NCBI GenBank assembly: GCA_964247055.1
Contig: OZ176051.1
Span: 11,594,001-11,658,000 of the forward strand
Direction of reading: 5' to 3'
DNA length: 64,000 nucleotides
From: Paragordius varius
Taxonomy: Eukaryota > Animalia > Nematomorpha
Under the pieces are notes generated by a model, which saw only the letters and a program-made list of their open reading frames with translations, did not search any database and was not told the DNA's origin. Position numbers and translations under genes: made by a program. Positions 24,673 to 38,355 of this stretch are shown here, piece by piece; position 1 is the first letter of the stretch; each line of letters starts with the position of its first letter.

Positions 24673-25239
24673 AGTCCAATGAACGATATATTCAAATCTT
24701 AATCGTAATTGTATATATATTACGAACCCTTTTTAATCTATTGATCAGCATTGACATTATGATAATAATACGCTTTTTGTTTATTGTTTGAATTATATGT
24801 TTAAGATGCAAACCATCATTACCTTTGATATATATATATATATACGAAAATCGATCGATTCACTGGAAATTTATCTAATTTGACTCTAAGCATTTTTACA
24901 CACTTTAATAATACTAATATAATACTTAACACACAAAATACAGTATAACAATATAGTTAAATAAAATTTTCTTGTACTGATGATATGTAAATTTTGTTTT
25001 TATTCAGATGCCACTAATTTCATTTGTATACGATACACACATATAATATTTTTTGCAAATTCGTATGGTTTACAATTTACATTCAAGTCTTACAAATTTA
25101 TAATATAAATACATGAAATTTAATAAACTACAAATTGACTTTGATTTTTGAGCTATACAACGTTTCATTCAGTGACTCTCTAACTTAAAGATCTTTTTTT
25201 AAATAAAAAATATAAGTCATGTATTATAAGTTTTGGTAT

Positions 25240-26060
25240 TTCTGTGTCGATAACCCCCTCCCCCACTTAAAAAATACCTCAAGATAAACGGAAAAGTCCC
25301 ATCTGTGTATACGGAGAAATCTACTATCGCGGCATAAGCTGAGACTTCCCTAAAAAGGGATATACAATGGGGCCAGGCACTTCACTATAATGAAAAGTAC
25401 TTTTTGCAAGTTCTACCCCCTAATTCTCTAAATCTAGCAATCATAAATTACTTGGTACATTTTTTTATTTTTTTACCGTCTTACGTTTATACTAAATGAT
25501 TTATATGAAGACCCCATTAAAATTGTCTCCCGAAATCGGCCACTGTATGCGCTGATTGTTTATTAGCCGCATTAACATTACTCGCTCACCTCCCCGCTTG
25601 GACAGGGGGTTATAACGTTCTGATGATTTTCTGCCAACAGAAGACAAATATCTCTTTATTTAAGGCATCTATTTAGTTTCTAAGGGGAGCTGCAGACCTC
25701 TACGCTAAGTTCTGGAATCCAAGCCAAATAAAGACTTTAACGGTTTTATCGTTGTTTCCATGGTAACCTAAACCCATTTTGTAAAGGCAATAATTAATAT
25801 TTCAATTACTCAAGCCAAATTTCTGTACAGTTTATTTTAACCTTCGCACTCTTTAACCCGTTTCAATAACTATTTTTATCCATAATAGATTACTGTTTAT
25901 CGGATTTATACCCAAATTTTTGGATGACCGGTGTTTCTTAGCACCCCGCTTCTAAATTTGATGGAAAAGCGATTCCTCTCTCCGGTAGTTTATATTCCGA
26001 TATTTTATTTTCGTTTTATTGGTGGTTTTACGCTATAGCCGATATATTCCTTATCGTTTG
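25240..26060 (-). mobile_element. Possible heavily decayed non-LTR retrotransposon remnant (APE-like words)
   Basis: GC-richer island. Scattered minus-strand words (NCTEIWL, LSKRGG, GDNFN) recall APE endonuclease motifs, but no continuous frame exists. Confidence 0.25.
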
Positions 26061-26785
26061 TTTTACCTTGATGTAAGTTATAGCGTGATATATCATATCA
26101 TTCGTTTGTCATGTGACTTATGATTATTGCAATGACAAACTATGTAAGCGCATCCGTTCACACGTTCTTACCCCCAATAGGTATCGATTAAAAACATAAG
26201 GCTAAAATTTGATAAAATAGATAAATACATGCAGTTCATGATGATTACATCAAACTAAAAATTTCAAGTACAACTAGATATGTTAGCAACTTTATGTTCT
26301 GATCTTAAAGTGTTAAAGACTATGAAGTTGAAATAATATACAAACACCCTTTATTAATTTCATGCTTTTAGGCAAACATTCCATTAATCTGCACAACGAA
26401 TTACCTTATGAGTGCATTCTAATCCTAAAAAAAATAATTGATCAATTTTTTGGAATTTTATACAAAATTAAAAAAACTGGATTGTGAATGGTGTTGATAA
26501 TACTAAACGCTCAATTTATATTCAGGGACATGAGCGCGTACCTTATTTGACTCTTAAATTATCTATAATTTCCCTGATTTTAGTGTATGATACTTAAGAG
26601 ATGCACGGAATTTCGTAATGATAAAATATTTAAATTTTTTTCCTGATTAAATTTAGATTTATAATAATTAATACTTTACGTAATAATTATTAGAAAGAAA
26701 AAGCGATATTTTTGGTTATCATACAATAAATTTGTGATGAATAATAATGTCATTGTTCGAAAATTATTGTAAGTATAATAATCAA

Positions 26786-29700
26786 ATGCGTTGTCATAAT
26801 GATCTATTATTAGGTATATTGATTGTTAAACTAATATATACCTTTTTAATTAAATTAAATGGCGGTCAAGGTAAATATCCCATCAAAGGATATTATTTTG
26901 CTGGACAACGTGTTTCACATTGTAACTTCAATAATGATTACCCGCATTTCGTTATTTCGTGTGCGGATTTGGAATCATTAGATCAGGTTAATCGTATATC
27001 CGGCACCATATTTAAACAATGGAAACAGGTTTATCCCAACATGATTGAAGATTTTGACAAAAGTCGAATTACGTATGAAGCGACAAAAAATGCTCAAGAA
27101 ACCAATAGCTATTTGTTTGGAATCGAAATTAAATCACCGCCACTGTTTTCACAAGTTTGGAAGATTTGCCCTTTTCCAGCCTTGTTCGGGGATCTTGCTA
27201 CTCTAGGAGTTGGTAATGGGCGCCGAATAAAATTTAGCATATTACAGTTACGAGGAAATAATCTTTACCTGTTATGTAGTAAATTTTTTCAGGTGTATCC
27301 AGACTTGGAAGTGATTGACTTAAGTGATAATCCCATAATTAGCCTGACAGCTAGTTATTTCCAGGAGTTAACCAAATTAAAGATACTTTATCTCAAAAAA
27401 TGTCAAATTCAAACGGTATATGGATTGGGTTCCAACGGATTACTAAATTTACTCTTATTAGACATTAGTAATAATCCAATCATGGCCATTAAACAACAAA
27501 GGGAAGATTTTGGTCGACTAAAAAATTTTCGGAAACTAATTGCCAACAATTGTACCCTTAAGACTGAAACTGTGATTTCATTTAATTTTCTTCCCCAAGT
27601 ACAAATAGAAATGGCGGGTAATCATATAACCGGTATACCCATAGAATATACTTCCACATTGTCGCAAACAATAAATCTTGAAGGTAATCCAATCGTGTGC
27701 GTTTACAGCCTAGGACCTACGATAAAATGGATGGTACAAAATAAACCCCTTTTGCTACCTTCGCTGAAATGCCATGCACCTAAAAATTTTCATGGCTTTA
27801 GTTTGAATGATCCAAGATTACTAAATGTTTGGGCTAAGGAAATAGATGAATGCAAGGGCATCAAACCTCCTTGTTACTGTTATTATATGGAACAGAAACA
27901 ATTGGTAATACATTGCTTGTATAGTTCACTCAAAATGTTTACCACAAATGTAACGTTGCAAAATTTTAGACGACGCGACAATAAACCCTACTCTCTCATA
28001 ATAGAAAACATCTTTACAGGTCGAATACCAATAGGTTTAATACAAAACCAATCAATCAATTCCCTTAGCCTGATATCATGTGGTTTGATCAAAATATTTG
28101 AGGGATCGTTTGTAAAATTTCCCCAACTAACTGAGATATCGCTACCTAACAATCTCCTAGATCGGTTACCCGAGGAAACATTTGACAAATGTAAACTTGT
28201 TCAAAGATTAAATTTGAGCAAAAATTTCCTATCCGAACAACTGTCAACCAACGTTTTTTCCATTACCTACCTATCAAACATAATTGAATTGGATTTATCT
28301 TACAATAATTTTCGTTATTTTCACCTTAATATATCGCATAATGTGGTAAAGTTGTATTTGCACAATAATAAACTTTCGAGTTTATCCATAATCTCATTCA
28401 GACCATTGAAAAAGTTACTATCTCTGACCCTTCAAAACAATTTTTTTCAATGCAATTGTCCAATGTATGATTTCAGTCTTTGGCTTTTGTCATTCTATTC
28501 AACGATATTTAAACCTTCTGCGGCACAACCAATAAATGCTACAATAGAAAATATAAGAATGTATGGTAATAAATTACCATCAGTATATTCACCATCGTTA
28601 ATATGTAATTTCGGGTTTAATTTTACATTTGTATACTACATTGAGTTATTGCGAATAAATAAAAGCTTAGGGGCGGAATGTGAAACCTTAGCCAGCTATA
28701 AAACAGGCTTTTCAACATCATTTGAAAATAGACACGGGTTAAATGGTCCAGAATATCCCGAGTATATGGTTCAACAAAAAATGATTACTGCAATCGGATA
28801 TGATCCATTTATAACATTTCAAAGACGGGAGAAAAAAATGATTGCAAAAACACAGTCTCTAACGGCTACAAAATTATCTGAGAATCCTTTTATGAGATTT
28901 TGGAAAGAAAATATCAACAGTTTTTGGAAAATATATTCGGAAAATTTTGTCCTATTTCTATCTCTTATCTGTATCGTATTTGTAGTACCATTTATAATAA
29001 TTTATACTATAACGTTTATGAAAAATAACAAAGATGCCTTTAAAACAGCCAAGATAAGGGAAATGCAACAACTCGTGGCGGAAAGTCTAAAACCAGGTAT
29101 GGGATTTTTCACATTTTGTTAACAGAGTAAAAAATGAAATACGGACTAAATCGTAAAAATATAAAGACAATTTTTTTAACAAATCCGCTATATTTTTGTT
29201 TTAAAAGTGTTATATTTTGGTAACATAATAAATTATATTTACGATTAAAAATAAATAATCTATATAACAATTAATTAAGGTTTATGGTTGCCTTTAAAAA
29301 ATATTTGACTTTTTTACGTTTTGTCTGTATAGTTTCAATTTTTACTGTTATATGAATTTTTATCCATTTCATATACATATATTTTAAAATTTTTATTTAG
29401 GTTCCCAAGAAGCGTTCAAGTAATTAGTTAATTTTACAAAATGACCTTTTAATATAAACAAGGTTATCCAACATTCTTTGCGGGCTGCTTTTAATTTTTA
29501 GCATTTTTTCATTATTAGCCCAATTCGGATGATATATCTTCTAAATGAATCGTATTAATTAAAATCCTATTTTTTATTTTTTAGCATTTTTTATAGCACT
29601 TTGCGAATCTAACAAAGCGTGCTGGCATGATTTAAAAGTTGTTAAATATCATTTGCGTATATATCTATTAAAAATTAATTTTAACATCTAACAAATCCAA

Positions 29701-30120
29701 CCATATCCAACAGCCATTATATCTTATCATCTCAATTAAATTATATTTTTACGCACCTTGTGTCTCAAAAAATGGTTAAAAATAAAACTAGAGATCAACT
29801 CCGAATGATTCCAACAAACTTAAAAATTAAAATTATGGGTTATAAACTAGATATTTGCTTAACTATCAGTCATAAACGGGTATATATGGTATTATATCTG
29901 TATAGCATAAGCTATACAGACAAAAGGTATGGCGCCCATAGCTGAGCTATATAAAATCTTTGTTATATAAAAATTATTGCACAGGGCGGAAAAAAAGCGA
30001 TTGGAGGATGATGAAAAGCGCAAAAACAAAGCTAGAGATAAGGAACGAATCAAAGATATCCTTGATCACAAATCATACTTTGATTACGAAGAATTTTTGG
30101 TTAATGCACCAGCAAAATAA
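26786..30120 (+). CDS. Single-pass LRR receptor with a Toll-like two-cysteine-cluster ectodomain and no TIR domain; exons 26786-29096 (or from the in-frame ATG at 26747), 29401-29419, 29985-30120
   Basis: Hydrophobic N-terminus; about 7 LRRs; LRRCT (GNPIVC...LKCHAP); LRRNT (CKGIKPPCYC...VIHC); about 6 LRRs; LRRCT (NNFFQCNC...LIC); TM segment (FVLFLSLICIVFVVPFIIIYTITF). The donor CCAG|gtatgg is phase 1, and two in-phase exons give a charged tail ending FDYEEFLVNAPAK*. Confidence 0.85.
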
Positions 30121-30699
30121 AATATGGTTTATATAATAGCACGAAAATTATTTTATTTGTATACATATATACTAGGTATAAATGATAAATCATTCTAAAA
30201 TAATTCTTTTTCCCACATAATGTCATTGTTTTACGGTTTTTTGTTTATCTTCAATTTTTTTTAAAACAGTTTGGGCTAAAAGAGTAGTTTGATCTTCGCG
30301 TTCTTTAATAAGACCACCAGAGGACACATAAAGTTTTGACTTTCGAATTGGGATCGCTATAAAATTTTAAATATCGATTAAAAACACAAATTTATCAGAT
30401 CACGAAATCGGGTATATTCTAATATGCCAAACATTTGCATTATAATTTAGATTCCAAATTATAATGCTAAAATTAGATTAATAACTCTTCTGATTTGTGA
30501 ATACAGTAATTTATATTCGCAATAATTTAATTATTACCACAGCGAAAAACGGGATGTAACTAAATAAATAAACAAATCGATTGAAATAAACCTGAAAAAT
30601 AACATTTTTTACAAGTAAATCAATAATAATATGAATCTCACATCTCAATATTGTAAACATGTAATTCATTGTATTAAACATATGTTGTTTAAAAAACGG

Positions 30700-33600
30700 C
30701 TGGTTATATATTTATAAGTGGTGACAGTGACGGTCCTAAATCCGTTATGCATGCTTTCATTACCGGTTAAAATGACTGGTTAAATAAATTTTTATTAGTA
30801 ACCCTCCATATTTTATTTAAGACCAGTGGGGCTTTTCCTCCATCTCTTAAAATGTCGATTGTGGGGAAAAAACATGGTCCATTATCAGCATCCTAACTAT
30901 TTATTCAAATATGAATTTTATTGATCCAAAGTTGATAAATTTTAAAGTTTGTGAAATGTTTTAATAAACAATTATAAATATTTGGGCCGATTCGGAAAAG
31001 TGCATGATTATTAGCTGAGCCGATTGTTTTTAAAAAGCTAATTATAACCCCAGGAAGTTTTTCCAAAAACGTGTAAAAGTTGGTGAATTGTACCTGGCCA
31101 AATTTAACAAAAGGATATTATCGTAAGCCGCTGAACAATTTATTAGTGCTAAATAAAATTTATATAAATATTTGATCTTAGACCTGACTAAATATTATAT
31201 AAATAAGCACCCAATTGCCATATAAATCATTTAAATAAATTTTAAATTTAAAACCATCTTCCTTATTTTGATATGATTCTGATGGGGTCCACGCACTCGA
31301 ACGAGGATTCGTGATTGGCGGAGTGCTTAAAACTGCTGGTCCAAACGGTATCTTACCATTGAATTGTTGAGACAATCTTTGAACATAATTTATATGTCTT
31401 TCATCTTGATCATTAGTGACTATATCATGGTTTTCGACATCTTCGCCGTATTGGTTTAATGGCACAATATTAGTACCATTTATATTGTTGTCGTTTTGAT
31501 TATCATTATTGCTGTTAATAGCAGTGTTGTTTTCATTGGAGTCGATGCTTTTTTCTGCTTTGAAAGAAAAAAGCGATATAATTATTTAGTGTATTTTGGA
31601 AATAGTAATTGATTAGGATACGGTATAAATCTCATTTAAAATATAGTTTAAAATGGGTTCTATAGCATATTTCGATTTAAAATTACTGAATAATATCGGA
31701 AAAAACATATATTTGATGGCACATGATTCGCAAACATGCTTTGTAAAACGGTTTAAATAGATATTGTGTTAAATGTTGCCTAATTATTTATTCTCAGGGG
31801 GAATCGGATTTTGTTGTGACACTATATAACACCTGATCTTGATAAAACCCAATTGTTTTGTGACTTGCAAAATTAATATGCATAATTTTTATTCTGTACA
31901 GCAAATTACTTCCATCCTACGTATTCAGCCTAAAAATAAATTTTTTGGGCTATAATCAACATCAATTAAATGGATTTTTTGTTCACAATTATAATTCATT
32001 CAATAAAAATAATGATCATTATGAAGCCAACTTGTTGTTTAAAAATATAATATTATTCTGTAACATAATGATCCATATTATTTCTGATTAATTTTGCAAA
32101 TGCAATTAATTTAATAAATATGATGGAATATTTATTGAAACGCATATTAAATCATTTATTTATAATTTAATAAAACTATTATTATTATTACTTAAAAAGT
32201 TATTCCATTGAAGATGTATTACCAAATAATGATAAAAATATCAAGGACAAGGTCACTGAATTTCCTTTCATTCACTCGAATAAATGCTCTTATGTTCGTA
32301 AAAAATCTATAATTTAATATTGTAGATGAAATCTTATCGTTTCTTATTAATTTTTTATTTTATGTAACCTTGAATGTATCACATTCTACTCAAGAAATTG
32401 AGTTATATGTAAAGAAATGGAAACTCCAATATTTTTGTCAAATAAATATTCATTCCTTATCAAGCTAGAAGAGCAACTTAAATAACAAATATGAAATGAA
32501 TCTAAACTTCGTCCATAATAAGACGGCACAGACAAATATTAATATTGTCATGATTTAGGAACCAATGGAGATTTTAAGTGGATTGGTATTCCGATATCTA
32601 ATTGGTTATACTGAAAGTATTGCTTATTAATCATATAAGCAAGTCAAAAATTAGATTCATAAGCTCTACTAACCAGGATGTAACCCTAACTCTGAAATCC
32701 GGCAAACTACATTTAAATTTCATTTAAATTACCTAACCTTTCCACCGTCAAATTCTTTATTTTAAAAGATTTGTAAATTAAATGCATAGGCCTTAATTAT
32801 ACCACCAATGTTTTATAAGTATGCCTCGTTTCCCAGATCAAAATTTTTTTCCTATTCTCCGAACCATTAAAAAGGGATATATTTTTCAACCATAGTAAAA
32901 TCAGTTTCGATAGACTAAAAAGATTTCTCAACTAGGAAAATGGGTTTCTATGATTGTGAACGTTAATTACAAATCAGTTTTATCAGTTAAAATCATACTC
33001 AACATTTTAAATTAAGGATTTCCGACAATTTATCCAAGTTTCATTGATTAGATATGTTTAAGGAAAATCGAATTTTTTAAAATACATTTATTTATTTCAT
33101 TTAACCCAGGAATCCAGAAACGGTTTCCAGCTAAAATCATTTTTGTATCTTCTATTATTTATAAGACATTTACTGTCAAAAACAAAATTTGTTGTATTCT
33201 ACATTTCTCTGTAAATAGTATTAGGGTTTGCATTGTACTAAAATGTAAATAAATAAAACACGATTTTATTTGGAACCGCGCGAAACTGAGTTTATATTTC
33301 GATAAAACGGTGTTAGTTCCAGCAACGATTCCTATATTAACGTAATAACAATGTTTTTTTACTCACAAGAATTCAACGATTTAATCAAGATTCGTTTCCC
33401 TTAATATTTCAAGAGTTAGGTAGTTTTCAAAATTTTTGCCTCTCCAATATACCGAAAAAAACTACCATATAAATTACTAAGTTTGTTGAATCATAAAATT
33501 GAGTGGGACAGAAAAAGTGAAAAAAGATAAATGTTTTTAATGGCTAAATCAATGGAGGTTCATCTACTATGCTCCAAACCTTTATCCTTTTTGTGAATGA

Positions 33601-33876
33601 ACATAAGTTAGATATCGCTAAAAAATCCAAATTTTTGACATTGGAGTCACTAAATACAAATATTCGGATGCTAAAATTTTGTAGTAGGGCCCCTAATCTG
33701 GACATACCATTAAAAATAAAAGATTTAGTAAAAATTTTAAAAATTAACGCATATAAAGAAATACATGCTATATCATTCGGCTGTAATAAGGCGCCTTGTT
33801 CATCCCTTGGATGGTGGATTCGATTTTCAATTATAAATTTTAAACGTTCATTTGTTATCGTAGTTTCTTCATCCAT
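30700..33876 (-). CDS. Unresolved multi-exon gene; faint glycosyltransferase family 8 (XXYLT1/GXYLT)-like words
   Basis: Open segments at 33876-33544, about 31560-31178 (N-rich), about 31130-31095 (AYDNILLLNLAR) and about 30895-30805 (CFFPTIDIL...LVLNKIWR). I could not join them into one phase-consistent model. Confidence 0.35.
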
Positions 33877-35581
33877 TCATTCGTTTTAAATATCTTAATA
33901 ATATAGAATCAAACAAAATTGGATATCAAAATTTTTTTAGAACCTTAAGTTCTAAACTATTTATTTAAAATAAACTTGTTTTTTTTCATTCAATATTTTT
34001 AGAGTCTTGAGTTTTGAACATTCAGGATAATTATGTTTTCACCATATATTAGAAAGGTCAGATAGTTCAAATATTTGATAGATATTGGAAAAAATCCCCC
34101 ATATATTTTTAATCAATATGTTTTTGAAATTCAAACAAGATTGCCATACGTAGATCCATAAATTTTAATTAATATATGAATTATATATATAAATTCTTTT
34201 ATAGCCTCTTTAAGTTCACAAATATTCTCCTAGGAGTAAACTATTAATTTCGCAATTCCAACTGAAATATCAGTTATTAGGTTTTTAAACACTAAAGTTT
34301 TTTTATTTTTATTGAAAATACTGACTTATACAACAGTATATTAATTATTGTAAATCTATTTTGACTATATAAACTATTTTAATTAAACAAAATTTATTCA
34401 CTTAATGATTGAGATATGGGTTGAAATTCGACATATATATATATATATATATAAATTATAAAATACCACCTCTTGTAGAGGTCCATCGAAAAGTTTTAAT
34501 ATTTATGCGCCTATATTTCAAAAATAATCTTTAAATATACCTATAAAATATTAATCATTTTAAGGACCATATAATTTTATCTTCCTTTACACGAGAGGAA
34601 GTATGGAGCTGCCACAGAGTTTTTAACTAATTCATTTAATTTGACATTTGTGCATTAGTAAACTGATAGCAAATACTTTAAATGTCTCAAAAGCTGATTA
34701 ATAGCCTATATAAAAACCATTTATCGTCTACCACTTCAACAAATTGATAATCAATATTAATTTATTATATGAACCTTAAAATATTGTATTCATAATTACC
34801 ACTAAAAACACCAAATATTGTGCTTTTTATATTTGTATAATTTCCAGTGGCTCTTCCTCATACCTACCCAGATTTTAAGAAAAAAGCATTGAAATCCGCA
34901 TTTAGACCATTACAATAAAAAATTAATTTTAAAAATTAATTTTCATTAATATTCAGTCTACCTTATGAATATATTCCAATTCCAAAAAAATGCATTTTAT
35001 CACACATTAGGTTTCGCTCAAATTTGCGATTGCGGTAAACGCGACAACTAAATTTATCTTGTTATATTTGTATGCATTAGGATAAAAAAAGTCCAGTCTT
35101 ACATCATAAAATCTAAAAATACCACATATGCGGTAAAAGATTTTAATTTTTATTTTAATTATCATTTTACTATAGATACGAAGTTTACCTAATATATCGC
35201 GTTAAAAAAATGATCTAGGCTCTACACCAGCGATGACATGCGCTTCAAAATCTTTTTACTGCCTGTAGTAAAAAAATTAAAAACTAAATAACAACATTTT
35301 ATTTTAGAAATTATCAGAATGAAACTATTAAAATTTATAATTTATAATATAATTTTTAATAATAATTATTCAGAGTTATATATATTTCTTTTCGAAGGAT
35401 TTTTAGCCATTTAATATTTATCTATACCACATTTTACCCTTATGATTAAATTTATGTTCAGAAATTAAATATTATTCATTTAAAATTATGATGATCAATT
35501 TTAAATTAACAACATTTGGAATCATATTAGGGAAATTTGAATTTAATTTTTGTCCTACTAACAAAAAATAAAATAATCATA

Positions 35582-35618
<37 letters not shown>

Positions 35619-37478
35619 TCGCCTTAATTTTTTAAGGTTCCATGATTGAAATATAATAAAATATTTTTTGATGTCAATATTTGTTATATTTTTTTAAAGT
35701 TTTAATTTTTTGACCTAAAGCGGCCCACGAAGCCATATGTGCTGGACACTCTTACTCTATGCATAACATTTATAATAATTTTCAAAGCAGAATCATATTT
35801 TTAAATATTTTTGTCTATAAACGCATTTCTTGCATTCATAAAATTAATGAACCTAGATAGTTTCAAGTTACTTAAGCGGTTTAATTAATAATTTACATTG
35901 TTTATGATTTAAAACAACTTTTCCCTATATCATCTGTTTATGCATGTAAAATTACCATCATATTAATCTCTACATAAATAAGAATAATATAATTAAATAT
36001 GTATTTCTGTATGTAGCGGTCTGTTTCCTTAGCAAGAATCCAAAATAAAAATAGCCGTTATTGATTTTTTTGTGTGCGTTGAAAGTTTGTACATTTCACG
36101 TTTCATACAAAACAAATTTGTTTGGTAATTAATTGATTTATTTATATATATATAGAGAATGAAGGCTTATTTTACCGCGCATAAACGGATAAATCTGTAA
36201 TATAGCTGCCGTTTTTACATGCCTAAAATTTTACCACACTAAAATGTATAAATTAATTTTTGGCATTAACAATACACCAATTACAAAACACTACCCGGTT
36301 TAAATTGTATATTGGATATTATTTGCAAAAAATATTTTAAAGATTTATATTTTTCGTAGCTGGAAAAGACAAAAATATTTCTGACTATAATCAAATCATG
36401 ACATATTTTAAGACATCATCCATATAGTAATAATCGATTTAATGAATTATACTGTGACAAAAAACTATGATAGAGACAATCATTTCATTTCAGTTTTTTT
36501 AATATTCTGAAAAACTTTTCTACTAAAAATATTAATTCAGTTAATGATAAAAATAAACAAACTGATTTTGTATTCTTGGTGTGCATATAATGAAGATTTG
36601 TCAGATATGAGGAAAAAATAATAAAAATAATTTTTGATCTTTGCTAGCAAAATGAATTAATTTTATATTTTATAGCTAGTAATATATTTTGTCCATATTA
36701 CATTTAATATATATGTTATGAAAATTAATTTTCGGTAATAATGCTATAACTGGATTAGCATAATCTTGGAGCTTTTATGGTACTGTATTTAATACTTTGT
36801 TTCTGGTATAAACTTTTTTGTATTTAAAAATTGGCAGGCTGCGTGCTAGGCCCGCGCTTAAAAGTAATAAACTAGAATAAAGATATTTTTAAAATATATT
36901 TAACTATCAATTATAGTAAAAACGATGATCCATTGATTATTTCAAATTTTCTAAAATGAAATTCACAACCCAGCATATAAAATATTTTGATTTAAAATAT
37001 AGCAACGTAACTCGGTTAAATGTTTTGGATAGGTATTATAACAAAACTAATTAGAGCTAAGTGTGTCGTCTTTTGGCGTTAATTTAAAGGAAATAAATTA
37101 AAGAGCTATCGATCTCTAAAAGAATATTATTTTTGCTTTGCTACATTGTCAACGTTAGTAAAACGAAAACTTTGGGTATTTTATTCATTAGTACTGGACA
37201 AAATTTTTTATATTTTCAAAAATATATTAAAATAAAACTCAGAACCAAGTTCTTTGATAAAAATTTATAAAACTAGTGAGGATAAGAATTTTGCATGTTT
37301 TACCCAAATATCTTCAAACATTATTTTGTTAATAGCACATCAGAATTTATTTAAGAGATTAAGTTCGGTGTTTTTGCGATAAAGCGATTCTCAGAACTTT
37401 ATTTCATTAAAACGGTATATTTAATTTTATGAAATTTATTTTAAATATTTGTTTCTAAACACAATGCTCATAAAAAAA

Positions 37479-38355
37479 TCTATATATTTATAAAAATGGA
37501 AAGTGGTGGCTTTGTGATCTGTTTCCGGAAAACCGGTAGACCCATTCAAATCTAAATGTCGAAAAAATATAATGATTAATGAATGCCTCGACAATAGCTT
37601 CGTCCTTTTTTTGAATTAGGTCCTCAGTTCGGGCCCACCCCGTGTAAAAAACGGTTTTTTTGAAAACAGAAGTCCACAAAAATCGTGTTTTTGAGACAAT
37701 TTTCCGGAGAACGTGTAGGACCATTCGATTTCCAATATGATTTTTTTTTACTTATTTTCGATTCGCCGAACATAGTCGGCTGTTTTTTTAATTTGGGCCC
37801 TCTTTTTACCCGCTTTTCCGAAAAATGCTATTTTTTTCAAAAAATTAAGTCCACAAAGATATTTTTTATATTTATTTTTCGCCCAAGGTATGAGACCGTA
37901 AAAAATCATTAAGGATTCCTAGTATTCCCTGTTAAAAGGCAAAAACTTTAGTCAAGCGTTTCTTTGATGATAGCTGCTGTGTAAGGAGATACCCCTAAAA
38001 AACTGTGCCACTATATAGAAATTATGTTGTTTTGGAACTAATTTAAAAACCTATCAGGCCATATGAGCTCAATAACTGCTTAAAGTATTATCCGTAACAA
38101 AGCAAAAATTTAGATCTTGCGGTTTTTAAAATTAGGCGTTAATTAGGCCCTTCACGCCCTGAAAAACGCGCCACCATAGAATGATTTTTAAATTTTGAAG
38201 ATTTTTCCGAAAACTAATGAGAGCATATCGAATCAATCATGATGCCAGGTATTCTCCGTAAAAACGCAAAAATTTTAATGAAGCGCCTTTTACGTATCAG
38301 CTCCTCCCGAGGAAATTTTTCGGACTTCCTCGGGCTGCGTAGCAGCCTACGCTAG
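37479..38355 (+). mobile_element. Complete non-autonomous Helitron (877 bp)
   Basis: 5' A|TCTATATATTTATAAAAATGG. The 3' end carries GC-rich hairpins cccgaggaa/ttcctcggg (38306-38333) and ggctgc-gta-gcagcc (38333-38347), then CTAG|T. Insertion between A and T with no TSD is the Helitron signature. Confidence 0.9.

Noticed and set aside
31178-31290. FKIYLNDLYGNWVL resembling a TGF-beta mature domain
   Set aside because: The cystine-knot cysteines and the terminal CxC are absent downstream, and the segment may be intronic.
34450-35270. Scattered exon-like snippets (for example ALPHTYPDFKKKALKSAFRPLQ*)
   Set aside because: They could not be joined in phase on either strand, so they are not distinguishable from chance.
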